A stretch of DNA of 63,436 bases, filler included, from Kipferlia bialata (Eukaryota), in the NCBI GenBank assembly GCA_003568945.1. It is 5 parts of 5 records of this genome, joined end to end, with 100 filler letters (N's around TTAATTAATTAA, not from the genome) between each part and the next. Parts side by side here need not be neighbours in the genome. Positions count along the whole stretch, not along the records: positions 1 to 15,296 come from BDIP01000719.1; 4 more parts are not named here. One strand, 5' to 3'. Position numbers and translations under genes: made by a program. Within the stretch, counting starts at the first letter, position 1. The number at the start of each line of letters is the position of its first letter. The notes beneath the pieces were generated by a model. That model had not been told where the DNA came from. It did no database searches and was given only the letters and a program-made list of their open reading frames with translations. Shown here piece after piece: positions 1 to 12,500 of this stretch.

Positions 1-68
1 CCCCTATATTGTTCCTCCAATTCTCCCCCCCCCCCCCCCCCCCCTCTCTCTGTCTCTCTGACTGTCAG

Positions 69-196
69 GCAGTGCCATTCAGCTGAGACGTCTACTGTTC
101 TCCGGCAAGAAGGGCCAGGAGGTATGCATAGTAAGTATATATAATTATATATATGTTGTGTGAACCTCAAAGTGTGGGAGATAGTGATACTCTCAT

Positions 197-235
<39 letters not shown>

Positions 236-460
236 ACACCCTTTTACCGTCAGGTGTGGGAGGACAATCTCGCTGCTGTGCTCTCTCTCTCTCTCTCCTT
301 CTGCACTATATATACATATATGTGTGTATGTGTTGATATATATATATATTCTATTGACCTCAAGGTGTGGGAGAACAACCTGGCTGCTGTCCTCTCTCTC
401 TCTCTCTACCTACACCCTTTAACCGTCAGGTGTGGGAGAACAACCTGGCTGCTGTCCTCT

Positions 461-494
<34 letters not shown>

Positions 495-566
495 ACCTAC
501 ACCCTTCTTACAGTTAGGTTTGGGAGAACAACCTGGCTGCTGTGATCTCCCCCTCTCTCTTTCTGT

Positions 567-607
<41 letters not shown>

Positions 608-2154
608 TATTGACCTCAAGGTCTGGGAGAACAACCTTGCTGCCGTCCTCTCTGGCCTTGAGCTGACCATGGACCAGTTCATAGACCTGTGCATGCTGTG
701 CGGGTGTGACTACCTGCCAAGCCTACCGGTATGGTATTGTATATAGACCATAAGAACTATATACTATGTATATACACTATCATATATATATATGTGTGTG
801 TGGTATGTACAGTGTATGTCTTCTTTCAAACTCTGCATGCTGTGCGGGTGTGACTACCGGCCAAGCATCCCGGTATGATATATATACTATAAGTGTATAT
901 ACATATATAGCATGTTTGTCTCCTTATCCCCTCTGACAATAGGGCATTGGATACAAGACTGCCTTCCGTCTCGTCAAGGACCACGGAGACCTGGCCTCTG
1001 TTCTCTCGGTCCTCAAGGTATCTCTCTCTCTCTCTCTCTCTCCCCCTCTCTCATTTCCTCGATCTAGTCTAACCTCCCAGGCCGACCCCAAGCGCACCAT
1101 TCCCGACGAGTGGGCAAGGTACTGTACAATAAATATATATATGTATACCTCATAATCAAGGTACTACTATACACACTGTGTTACTATATCCTCATCAATA
1201 TCCGATTCACCCTTCATCTCTGTGATAGCCCTCACTTCAGGTGGGAGGAGGCTCGTTACTATACCTTCTCACCAATATCTGTGTAATAGACCCTTGATCT
1301 CTGTTATATATCTCCTTATTTCAGGTGGGAGGAGGCTCGTTACAATACCTTCTATCGATATATATATGTAATAGAGCCTTGATCTCTGTTATATATCCCC
1401 TCACTTCAGGTGGGAGGAGGCCCGAACCATGTTCACTGCCCCCATTGTCACTGACCTGGAGACACTGCCCAAGTTCAAGTGGGGGAAGCCCAAGAAGGTA
1501 TATCACACAACCCACTTTCTTCTGTCAATACAATTCTAGTAGTACCATTAGTACAGACTCTGACCCCAGACCGAGCTTGTTGAGTTCATGGTCAAGGAGA
1601 TGGGCTTTGCAGAGGAGAGGGTCGAGAAGGTAATGCAACTATGAACACATTACATTCTCTGCAGATGTGTCTCTCTCTCCCTCTCTCTCTCTCTGATCTC
1701 AGGCCATCGAGCGCATCAATGCTGCTTGCTCCTTGTTTCATTACAGCAATATCCAGTTCTATTCCATATATGTATAACAAACCCTTACCCTAGGCCATTG
1801 AGCGCATCAATGCCCAGCGTAACAAGGGAGGCCAGAAGAGGATAGACTCCTTCTTTGTGGTGGCATCAACCCCAAAGGCCAGGTATATAATGTATATATG
1901 TATGTATGATATAATATATATGTATGTATGATTATATGTATAATATACATATAGATGCATAGACTCCTCCTTTGTCGTGGCATCAACACCCAAGGCCAGG
2001 TGGGTGGAATTGGGAAGGACCATCATCATCATCTGAACACTCTCTTTGCTTTCTTCCTTGTTTCTACCTATTAACTCCCAGGAAGGACCTCCTCAAGAAG
2101 GCCAGGGGCAAGGCCAAGAAGAAGGGCGCCAACAAGAAGGGGTCCTTCAGATAA
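69..2154 (+). CDS. FEN1: Flap endonuclease 1, 3' part (5' exons outside window), 8 exons
   Basis: Spliced exons (69-121, 621-728, 943-1017, 1081-1118, ~1410-1497, ~1570-1629, ~1794-1882, ~2082-2154) read ...[35 protein letters not shown] (H3TH motif)...WEEARTMF...[16 protein letters not shown]...QKRIDSFF (PCNA PIP box)...basic tail, TAA. Confidence 0.96.
163..650 (+). repeat. Exon-echo stack in FEN1 intron: 4-5 partial copies of acceptor + exon start
   Basis: AG|GT(g/t/c)TGGGAG(a/g)ACAA(c/t)CT.GCTGC.GT.CTCTC recurs at ~248, 358, 423 and 511 (weaker at 163) before the real exon at 621; each copy runs into a (CT)n tract. Confidence 0.95.
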
Positions 2155-2961
2155 GTGGAACTGCCGCCTTGGCGCCACATACACAAGGGACTGGGTGGTC
2201 GAATCCTTCCCTTGTGATACCTCCTGGTACATACACGGAGAGCGTGTTTCTGGGGTTCTACTCTTCGGATGACCCATGTTGCAATCCGGTGTCTTAACCT
2301 CTTTCACACATAGTGTCAGGTCACTCACCGATACTCACGGTAGTGAGGTACATATCCTCCAGGATAAGAGATTACCCACTGTAAAATAGATACTTCGTAT
2401 TCTTCGTTCCTTTACCTCTAATGAAAACGACACGCTTTATTCTAACAGGTAGTGTGTCGGGGCCCCCGACTCGGGGGAATGTAACTACAAGTGACTAATT
2501 CCTCGGGTGTCCTTTATGTCAAGACTGGAAACGTGACCACACCCTTACTGAACAAGACCAGGCATGAGACTTAGACTTTATTTGGTTTATCGGATTTTAC
2601 ATAAAGATAAATAGGTCGGATAAACTGAGTTTATATTGTTGAATCTAAGCACACATATTCCACCCTAGGGGCCTCATAGGACACTTAAGTGATACTATAC
2701 CTCCCCTATAAAGTGAAATATGACGGGAGTCAACCTCTCATTTCTTATCGGTAAATAAAGAGAATGATCAAATAAAATATAAAATAAATTACCATAAAAT
2801 GAAGAGGATTTTTAGGTCATGTCTCATGTCTGAACAAGACCTGAAACTTTCCGGACTCTTTCCCTTGGACCTCCCCTTCTTTGCTTAGCCCCAATCCTTC
2901 CTCTTGTTAACCAGTAGAAGGGTCAGAGAAAAAGCTCTTTACCGACGTGCTAGCCTCACTT

Positions 2962-3020
2962 CTATTGTATTTGTTATGACTCATAACAAATATGTCCTCA
3001 TAATATGAGGACAACAATAG
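2962..3020. other. Three-way-junction (T-shaped) palindrome
   Basis: ctattgt | atttgttatga c tcataacaaat | a | tgtcctcata a tatgaggaca | acaatag: 7-bp outer stem and two perfect arms of 11 and 10 bp, each with a 1-nt loop. Confidence 0.85.
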
Positions 3021-3446
3021 TTTTCCTATGTCTATTCTCGTCCACACCTTGCTGTGAGGGAGTGATAGTATCACTGTGATACGGACAGTCCTGTGTATAA
3101 GAAACAGAAGAAGGGGGTGGGGGGGTACGACAACGGCTCTGCAGGCTAGGTAACAGACTACATAAGTCTCTCCGACTTACTCTTTACCCAAGCTGGTAAG
3201 GAGATATCAAAAGTAGGTTATGGGCTATTTGTATAAGACTTAGAACTTATAGAATGGTCCATACTGGTCATGTGCCACATACATTGAATGTATTGAGCAG
3301 CTAAGGAGAGTTCCGTACGGGAGTGCAAAGGCATCCTTCACAATTGCAGACTGCAATTGACAATTGCACTCTCTAGGCAGTCAGCGGGGTACTCGGTATC
3401 TATTGGTCCAATAGGCTAATTGATGATTTAAGACTTTGATTCTAAT

Positions 3447-4737
3447 TTAGATCAGCTTAGCAAGAGTGCCGTATGGGTCAGCAAAGACAGCCTTCAGGGC
3501 AGCACGGTCGACCTGGGAGGGGTCGTATGTGTTTGGGATGTTCCCACAGTGGACAGCCAGAAAGGCCAGGTCCCGGCAGTCCAGGCCGAGTCCACTCTTG
3601 TCAACAAACTGGCGTGACTACAACTATGATTATTGTATACTATACAATGTATAGTGTACAGTGTATAAAGTACCAATTGATGTTACAATAACTATTATAG
3701 GGATTCCTTTATAGAAATGTAATGTTGGAATAGGAAATTCTTCAATTACGGCAGAGTCCACACAAGTACTCTACTGTTTGTGAGGAACTGGAGGGACGAG
3801 TATTTGATAGTCAAATTGTTGCACTAATACTGCTACAATACAGGTATAATACACGTAAGAGCATCAAATTGATGCTGCACCAATCACATTCACTAGAAGT
3901 AAGGGGGGCAGGAGAGAGAGAAAGAGGAGGGGGGGAGAGGAGTGAATATATATAGGGTGATGGGAGATGGGTGAGACAGAGGAGGGGGGCGGGTAATACT
4001 TCTTGTAGGGGATATATGTATATGTATATTAATATATTGTAATACATATATACCTCGTCCAGCAGTGTCGCCTGTGCATCTGTCAGTCTCTTAGCCTTGT
4101 CCCCATAGTGGGCATCGAAAGCATAGGCAGCACCATCAATGAGGTCATCGAGTGACCACCCGTGCCTGTTACATCAGTACACAATACTTACAATTATAGT
4201 GTATATAATGTAATCATTAAGTACAGCTATATATAATACATCAGGTCAGCGAGTGACCTGCCATGCCTGTCACATCAGTATCAGTACCAGTATCAGTATC
4301 AATATATCAATATTTAGTTTTGTTGATTATTATACAATCATCAATAACATTATCAGTATCATGAGTTTTTAGAAGTATATTGTATTTATTTCTTACCTCA
4401 CACATACGTCGTACAGCTTGTGCCTGATGACATGGGCCACTGACCGCTGGGCAGCCCTTAGAATCTCAAGTGTCTCTCTGCCGGGCTGCCCCTCTGTCCC
4501 AGCTATCAACTCAGCCATTACAGATGGATCTCCAGGTGTTAACACCCCATCCATCGGCACTCCATTGAAATGATCACGCCGGAGAATATCTGCTACATGG
4601 TAGAGAGGGACAGTGGGGGTAGAGGCCGATCCAGAGAGAGGAGTGGTGGCTGAGTCAACCTCGGGTCTGTCGCTCTTTCCAAGTGTACTAGAGAGGGTCT
4701 GGTCCATGTTGGAACCCAGAGGAGGGGTATTCTGCAT
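3447..4737 (-). CDS. Hypothetical protein, 204 aa, 3 exons
   Basis: Exons 4737-4397, 4165-4054 and 3608-3447 join in frame at GT-AG sites (615 nt): MQNTPPLGS...HKLYDVCVRHGWSLDDLIDGAAYAF...FVDKSGLGLDCRDLAFLAVHCGNIP...DPYGTLAKLI*. No family recognised. Confidence 0.8.
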
Positions 4738-4977
4738 CTAGGAAAGATTGAGAACATACTTGGTCCTATTAATAGGGACCCACACAAAAGAGTATAATGG
4801 TCTTTGAAGTGTGTGTGACCCTCATTTCATGACAAACTTAACTTCGTTTTTAACTCTAATACTGGAACTTATCTCGACTTTCCGACGGAGATTCCCGTTG
4901 TTTTAAGTCAAACGCTGTACAGCACTCAGGCGACCACGCTCTTTGCAAGGACGCTTCTCTGAGTATAGTAGCTTGCC
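4738..4977. promoter_or_regulatory. Probable compact bidirectional promoter
   Basis: 240-bp spacer between two head-to-head start codons; free of microsatellites and relatively CpG-rich. Confidence 0.5.
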
Positions 4978-5326
4978 ATGCCAAAGGAATCAGCCTCTGA
5001 GAAGCGAAGTGTGATCCCCCCGGCCCGCTACAACTACACGCACCTGCAGAGGAGTGGGTCCACAAGGCTGTGCGTTGCAGTGTGTGTGTATACTATAACT
5101 ATATTTGATGATTTACTTAGTCTTACTCTTTGTGTTGTATGTATTTCTGTCTTACCCCAGGGCACCGGTTGCCTGCTGGATAGCAACCCATCCTGAGGAG
5201 TTTGCTGCACTCTCACCTGCGGAGAGGAGGCTGCAGACTTTCATTACGTCAGTTGAGGGTGACAGGATTAGGGCATCCATCAAGGGCAAGGGGACCAAGG
5301 TTCACCTTCCAGAGAGCTCTAAGTAG
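4978..5326 (+). CDS. Small hypothetical protein, 85 aa, 2 exons
   Basis: Exons 4978-5069 and 5161-5326 join in frame (GTGCGT donor, CTTACCCCAG acceptor): MPKESASEKRSVIPPARYNYTHLQRSGSTRLAPVACWIATHPEEFAALSPAERRLQTFITSVEGDRIRASIKGKGTKVHLPESSK*. Confidence 0.7.
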
Positions 5327-5694
5327 ATGGTGGCAATGGTAGCACATAACTAGTGGCAGGGGCACCTAGGTGTTCCCCCCCAGAGCCCTAAATAGATGAT
5401 TGGGTGCAGTTAGGATGGTGCCTGTAAGTTCATTCCCCAAGATTAGATGTATACCCCCCCCCCCCCCGCATCCCCCCCTCTGACTTGCTACACAACGATC
5501 ACCCCCCCCTCCCATGAAGTTGTTATCCCACTTCCAGAGAAGTCAATCAATCTCAACTCTATTGATACAAATACATGTCCCTAATAGACACTATTATAGT
5601 GTTATCCAAAAATGTACAGTTCCTGACTGAAAACATACACCCTAGAAGAAATCTATACTTACACCCTAGAAGACTAAATGTCTATTGCTCTACC

Positions 5695-7359
5695 CTAGAA
5701 TGCAGATATCAGCTGGAGCACGGCCATGAGTCTAGGCAGGAGCTGCTTCTTTCTAGACAGCACACCTGGAAGAGAGTACATATCCTCGTATCCCTCATAC
5801 TGACCATATCCTGGGGTGAGATGGCGTAGTTGGTTAGTTGATTAGACTATATACAGAGATGAAGGAGAGGATAGAAATACAGACATTAACATCGTGGCGA
5901 AGGTATATATCTAGAGAGAGAGAGAAAAAGAGAGATAGAGACGCACCCACTACATCAGCGAATCCAGGTGGTCCACTAGCCATCATGAGTGACGAAGCGT
6001 GTATAATGTCAGTGACAAGAAGGCATGTCACGGCTAGGCCCTCGCTCTTGCCCACGGCTGCTAGGGCAACACGGACACTGGTAGTGAGAGGTATATACAC
6101 ATATCCAGCATCAACCAGTAACTAGAAGATTTGTTGGTCCACACATGCACTGCATACATACTAATAAATATACATGACTCAACATACATTAGAGTATATA
6201 TATTATACCATACTACTGTTGCATATACCACGAACCTGTCCATGATTGATGTGAACTCACTGTACTGGGACACCTCCACCTGGCCAATCCCAAACTGGGG
6301 GGTGAGATACACATGTATATATATACATTTCTATATACACTTGTACTCAAAGAAATGTATGGTACGACCATGTATGTCAACCTGGGGGTGAGAGACATGT
6401 GGATGGTATGTAACTCACGAAATACACCCATTCGAGTGATATATCGAAGGAGGGAGCTTTGGGAGAAAAGAGTAGACACGGAATACACGTGGGTATTAGT
6501 GTGTATATAAACACGGAGATATGGATACTAAATAGGTTACACATATATATATACCGATACATATATATATGAATATAAATATACATATATAATATATAAT
6601 ACAATAGTATACCTTTGCACCGGATGGCAGCTCGTATATCTTGAAGTCGGATCTGACAAGGTCCTGGAGGGTGAGGATAATCATAATACTATTAATATAT
6701 CTATATACTTAATTACATCATTATATATATATTGACATATGTACATGTTGGTCAATTGTATAACTTGAAGTCGGACCTGACAAGGTCCTAGGAGTGAGGA
6801 CGATATAGGGCATATAGTCAAGGGAGATGGTTCTAAATTGAGTTTCATGCTCTTGATATGGAGGAGTATACATATATACATACCCCCATACTCTTTTACC
6901 GTCCTCTCTCTCTCTCTCTTTATCTATATCTATATACATATATATGTATACCTCCATACTCTTGAACCGTCCTCTCTCTCTCTCTCTCTTTATCTATATC
7001 TATATACATATATACACATACCTCCATACTCTTGAACCGTCCTCTCTCTCTCTCTCTCTCTCTTCATCTATCTATCTATCTATCTATCTATATATATATA
7101 TATATATACATACCTCCATACTCTTAAACCGTCCTATGCCGCTACCAGCATATACTCCATAATTACTCATATTTGTATATATACCATATATGTATACCAT
7201 TAATAGTATATATATTATAATGAATACCTCCATGCTCTTGAACCGTCCTATGTCGCTACCAGCCTCAAACATCCTTCTACCAAGGTCATAGGCAGAGAAA
7301 CCGGATATCCTGGCTGGAGGTGAGCGATGCAAATCACACCGAAATACAGGAGCAAACTC

Positions 7360-7394
<35 letters not shown>

Positions 7395-9502
7395 GTGTAT
7401 GCCAAGGTCATAGGCAGAGAAACCAGATATCCTGGCTGGGGGTGAGCGCTGCAAATCTAACCGAAATATAGGAGCATACTCTACTACATGTATATATATA
7501 TATATGAATATATATTAGTGTATGCACAGGTCATAGGCAGAGAAACCAGATATCCTGGCTAGGGGTGAGCGCTGCAAATCACACCGAAGTATAAGAGGAT
7601 ACTCTGTCTCTCTCTCACATGTATAAATATATATATGTGTGTGTGTATATGAATATATATTAGTGTATGCCAAGGTCATAGGCAGAGAAACCGGATATCC
7701 TGGCTGGGGGTGAAAGGGGACACACATCATATACATACAATGAAATGCAATACAAATATGTATGTTCGTGTATGCAATGCAATACAAATATGTATATTCG
7801 TGTATCATTGTATTCAGAAACCGGATATACTGGCTGGGGGTGAGGAAACAAAGATGCAAATCACACCCAGACTACAATGTTCACAATTTCTCAAATAATG
7901 TATACATATATATATATATGTGTGTGTATATATACTCACCCAGGTAGTCAGCCACCTCTCTGTCGTGTTCAGTGGTGGTGGGGGACCTGGGGGTGGGGTA
8001 TATAGTCATGTATTCATGTACATATACATGGGGTATATATACGTGTTCATTACTTGGGTGGTAGGGGACCTGGGGGTGGGGTGTATACAAATAGTGTATA
8101 CTATATATGAATATATTTATACATGGTGTATATATATGTGTTCATTACTTGGATGGTGGGGTACCTGGGGATGGGGTATTTACCTAAATATATGTCTACA
8201 AAACCATATATACCTGAGCACGGTTCTATATATACATCCATTAATACATATATGCACCTGAGCACTCATGAGCCCGGCCAGCATCAAGAGAATACAATAT
8301 AATAAACAATACAATACACAATGTGTTATATAGGGTACTATACACATATTACCAAATACCTGAGCATGACCGTGTCACTCATCAGTCCAGCCAGCATCAG
8401 ACCTGCCACCACAGGGGTGGGGATGATGGAGTTGGCCTGAGGGTAGTAAGGAGTACAAGTAGTATACANNNNNNNNNNNNNNNNNNNNNNNNNNNNNNNN
8501 NNNNNNNNNNNNNNNNNNNNNNNNNNNNNNNNNNNNNNNNNNNNNNNNNNNNNNNNNNNNNNNNNNNNNNNNNNNNNNNNNNNNNNNNNNNNNNNNNNNN
8601 NNNNNNNNNNNNNNNNNNNNNNNNNNNNNNNNNNNNNNNNNNNNNNNNNNNNNNNNNNNNNNNNNNNNNNNNNNNNNNNNNNNNNNNNNNNNNNNNNNNN
8701 NNNNNNNNNNNNNNNNNNNNNNNNNNNNNNNNNNNNNNNNNNNNNNNNNNNNNNNNNNNNNNNNNNNNNNNNNNNNNNNNNNNNNNNNNNNNNNNNNNNN
8801 NNNNNNNNNNNNNNNNNNNNNNNNNNNNNNNNNNNNNNNNNNNNNNNNNNNNNNNNNNNNNNNNNNNNNNNNNNNNNNNNNNNNNNNNNNNNNNNNNNNN
8901 NNNNNNNNNNNNNNNNNNNNNNNNNNNNNNNNNNNNNNNNNNNNNNNNNNNNNNNNNNNNNNNNNNNNNNNNNNNNNNNNNNNNNNNNNNNNNNNNNNNN
9001 NNNNNNNNNNNNNNNNNNNNNNNNNNNNNNNNNNNNNNNNNNNNNNNNNNNNNNNNNNNNNNNNNNNNNNNNNNNNNNNNNNNNNNNNNNNNNNNNNNNN
9101 NNNNNNNNNNNNNNNNNNNNNNNNNNNNNNNNNNNNNNNNNNNNNNNNNNNNNNNNNNNNNNNNNNNNNNNNNNNNNNNNNNNNNNNNNNNNNNNNNNNN
9201 NNNNNNNNNNNNNNNNNNNNNNNNNNNNNNNNNNNNNNNNNNNNNNNNNNNNNNNNNNNNNNNNNNNNNNNNNNNNNNNNNNNNNNNNNNNNNNNNNNNN
9301 NNNNNNNNNNNNNNNNNNNNNNNNNNNNNNNNNNNNNNNNNNNNNNNNNNNNNNNNNNNNNNNNNNNNNNNNNNNNNNNNNNNNNNNNNNNNNNNNNNNN
9401 NNNNNNNNNNNNNNNNNNNNNNNNNNNNNNNNNNNATGGAGTAGAACCAGCCACAACGGGGGTGGGGATGATGGAGTTGGCCTGGTGGTAAGAGTATATA
9501 TA

Positions 9503-9539
<37 letters not shown>

Positions 9540-12500
9540 CTAGGGGGTGGGGATGATGGAGTTGGCTTGAGGGTCAGGTCAAAGAGAGAGTATGACAATG
9601 CATGATGCCTCGATAAATGCCACTATGGTGGATGTCGTATACTTATGTATACTTATACATATATACTAATATAATAGTGCTATGGGTCACAAACCGCAAC
9701 AGGATGTTACACACTGTGTATATTGATAGTATACATTGTACCTGATACAGGTCTGCCACAATAGTGCAGGTATAGTATATATATGTATATATATATTATG
9801 GATGATAATGCATGTACCTGGTACATGTCTGCCACTATGGTGCAGGTACTGCCAACTGGCCTGGGGTGAGAGGTCCTCATCTGATACACCAAATGGAAAT
9901 ATCTCAAGTCTGAAAAATACTGTCTTCGAGGTATAACAGTGTTCCATATGTAAAGCATGAATATGTATATGTATACACATAAACGTATACCTCGTTGTGA
10001 TTGTGATTGGCATCACTGTGGGATCAATATGTATACCATGAATATATATGTATATATATACAATGCATATATACTGTAATCCATACCTCGTTGTAATTGT
10101 GATTGGCATCACCGTGGGATCCAGGTTCACCTTGTGGTGGTCGACAATCTCACTGGTCATTAGAATAGGGTCATTGGAATAAGGCAATTGGAATAATAAT
10201 AAGGTCAATATAATAAGAATATAGTAAGGTCAATATAATACGGATATTGGAATAGGGACATTGGTATAGGTGGTCAACAATCTCACTTTGTCATTAGAAT
10301 ATAGAACTGGTCATTTGATGTAAAGAGCGAGTTAATGAGATTTCAATTATAGACATATGTACCAAAATATCAAGTATTGACATTTATACCCAATTATTGA
10401 TATACATACTTGATTGTGACTCCATGGCTTCTGATTCCCCTGACAGACTGGTCCAGTTCATTGTGGTCCATCAGAATCACATTCAGAATGTCACTCTTCA
10501 TCAGGTCACTGACATGAGTATCACACACTTGAATATATATAATACATATATATAATACATACTATGTCTATGCTACTTACGTTCAGAGGGTCACTCTTCT
10601 TGAGGTCACTGGAATGATTACCACCCTATATACATAGAAGAATCAATTACCTATAATAACTATATATGCATCTTCACCATATTCCTAAAGAGTTATACCT
10701 CCTAGTGCATGCCCCCACACACTTGCCGTCCATATAGATAAGGTATCATAACATTATTATTGAGAATGAGTAGTACAGTACAAGTGTCCATCCTCTCTCA
10801 CCTCCTTGTGCATGCCCCCACACACTTCCCGTCCTTGTCCACTATGGCCACACCAATGATATCAGACCGGGGGGCATCGAACTAGGGGTCAGTGAAGAGA
10901 AGCAGACTACGTAAATAATATTACCATAGAGAGAGAGAGAGAGCAAAAGGTACCGAAGCTCTAATACAGAGGACATTGAATAGAGAATGTATATTAGACT
11001 ACACAGATAACACTATACAGTTGCATACACCTTCGCCTTGATCTCTATCAGCCTCATGTTCTCATGGATCAGGTGGGACTTGTCAAACTCCTTGATAGAG
11101 TCGAAACACCTGGTGTTAGTAGGGCCTAGTAAATCAATATATATATAAATCAATATATACATACACATAATTAGACATAGAGTGAGTACATTGGAGGGGA
11201 ACGCAATGAAATATATATATATATATATATATATGATAATGAAGAAGAAGTGTATATTCCACTCACCCCACTGGTGTTGACTGTCTGACTAGGATAGTTG
11301 CACTGCTGGTGACAAGTGAAGTGGTCAAGAGAGCACAGTCATGCTTCTTAGCAAGAGCGACTAAGCGTTAGACCAATGCTGGATAGTAGGAAAGATATCA
11401 GCAAGAGTGATATGCCTACGAGTTGTTATAACACATATGTGTAGACATACGAGAGACAAAACAGAGAGGTCAGTTTCAAGCACAAAAGAGAAAGTTGACA
11501 GAAGCAAATAGCAATACCCAGTTCCTCGTCTGGCTCCTTATTGACTTTTAGGAGCAGCATACTAGCATATACACAATACATTGTACATGTCTATCTTTCT
11601 ATAAATTCATATGTATATAACTGCCTCCTGGTTGAGTGTCAATTGCAAGCTATACATAATATATGGTATTGTGTAGATATCACTTGGTCCGTATTGTATA
11701 TATACTACCTAATTCCTCATCAGGCTCCTGGTTGAGTGTCAGCAGCAGCATGCCACCCCCACTCTCAATGATGTGCTGCTGGAGGGGCCGGTCCTTGCCT
11801 AGTATCAGAGAGAGAGAGAGGGAGAGAGAGGGGGGGAGAGAGAGAGAGAGAGAAACTAAGTGACTCTTGATGTGCTGCTGGAGGGGCCGGTCCTTGCCTA
11901 TAGGAAGATGAGTACATATATACATATATATGTAAGGATCAGAGAGAGAGACAAAGAGAGATGCTGGTTGACTGGGACAGAGGTTGATAGAAAGAGAGAG
12001 TGTGAGAGAGGGTATAGGCTGGAGGGACCTGTCCATACCCAGGGTGAGTACACACACAGGATGCATCTACATCACTGACCTACTATGAACACGTGTCTCC
12101 CATGAATATATACAAGTATATGTGTCATACCCACTATGAATAGTCTTCTCCCCCACTGTTCCTTGGCCATGTTGGCCGTGTCAGCCTTGAAGGCAGACAG
12201 GGTGTCTGACACAGTCCACATGCTGGTATGAGTATAACTATATATATACATATGTGTGTATGAATAGGAGAGATAGAGAGAGAGATCATTCAAGGCAGAC
12301 AGGGTGTCAGATATAGTCCACATGCTAGGGTGGGTGTATAAATACATATATACATGTAAGAAGGGGGAGAGAGAGAGAGAGAGAGAGAGAGAGGTCAGCC
12401 GTGGAGGCAGACAGGGAAAATATATAAAAGTATCAGAATAGATATAGAAACACAGGCACTGCTTGCTGACGGTATCGTAAATCTGTCATGTATGTATAAT

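Noticed and set aside
153..694. Many short ORFs rich in LSLS, YIYI or ERER
   Set aside because: These are translations of (CT)n/(AT)n microsatellites in introns.
7281..7875. Repeat-spacer pattern resembling a CRISPR array (also 248-650 and 51357-51955)
   Set aside because: The repeats are copies of the adjacent exon edge, the spacers are microsatellite-rich intron DNA of irregular length, and there are no cas genes in this eukaryotic context.
8323..9598. Long ORFs spanning N runs (also 26919-28353 and 50566-50994)
   Set aside because: They are open only because N codons are not stops.
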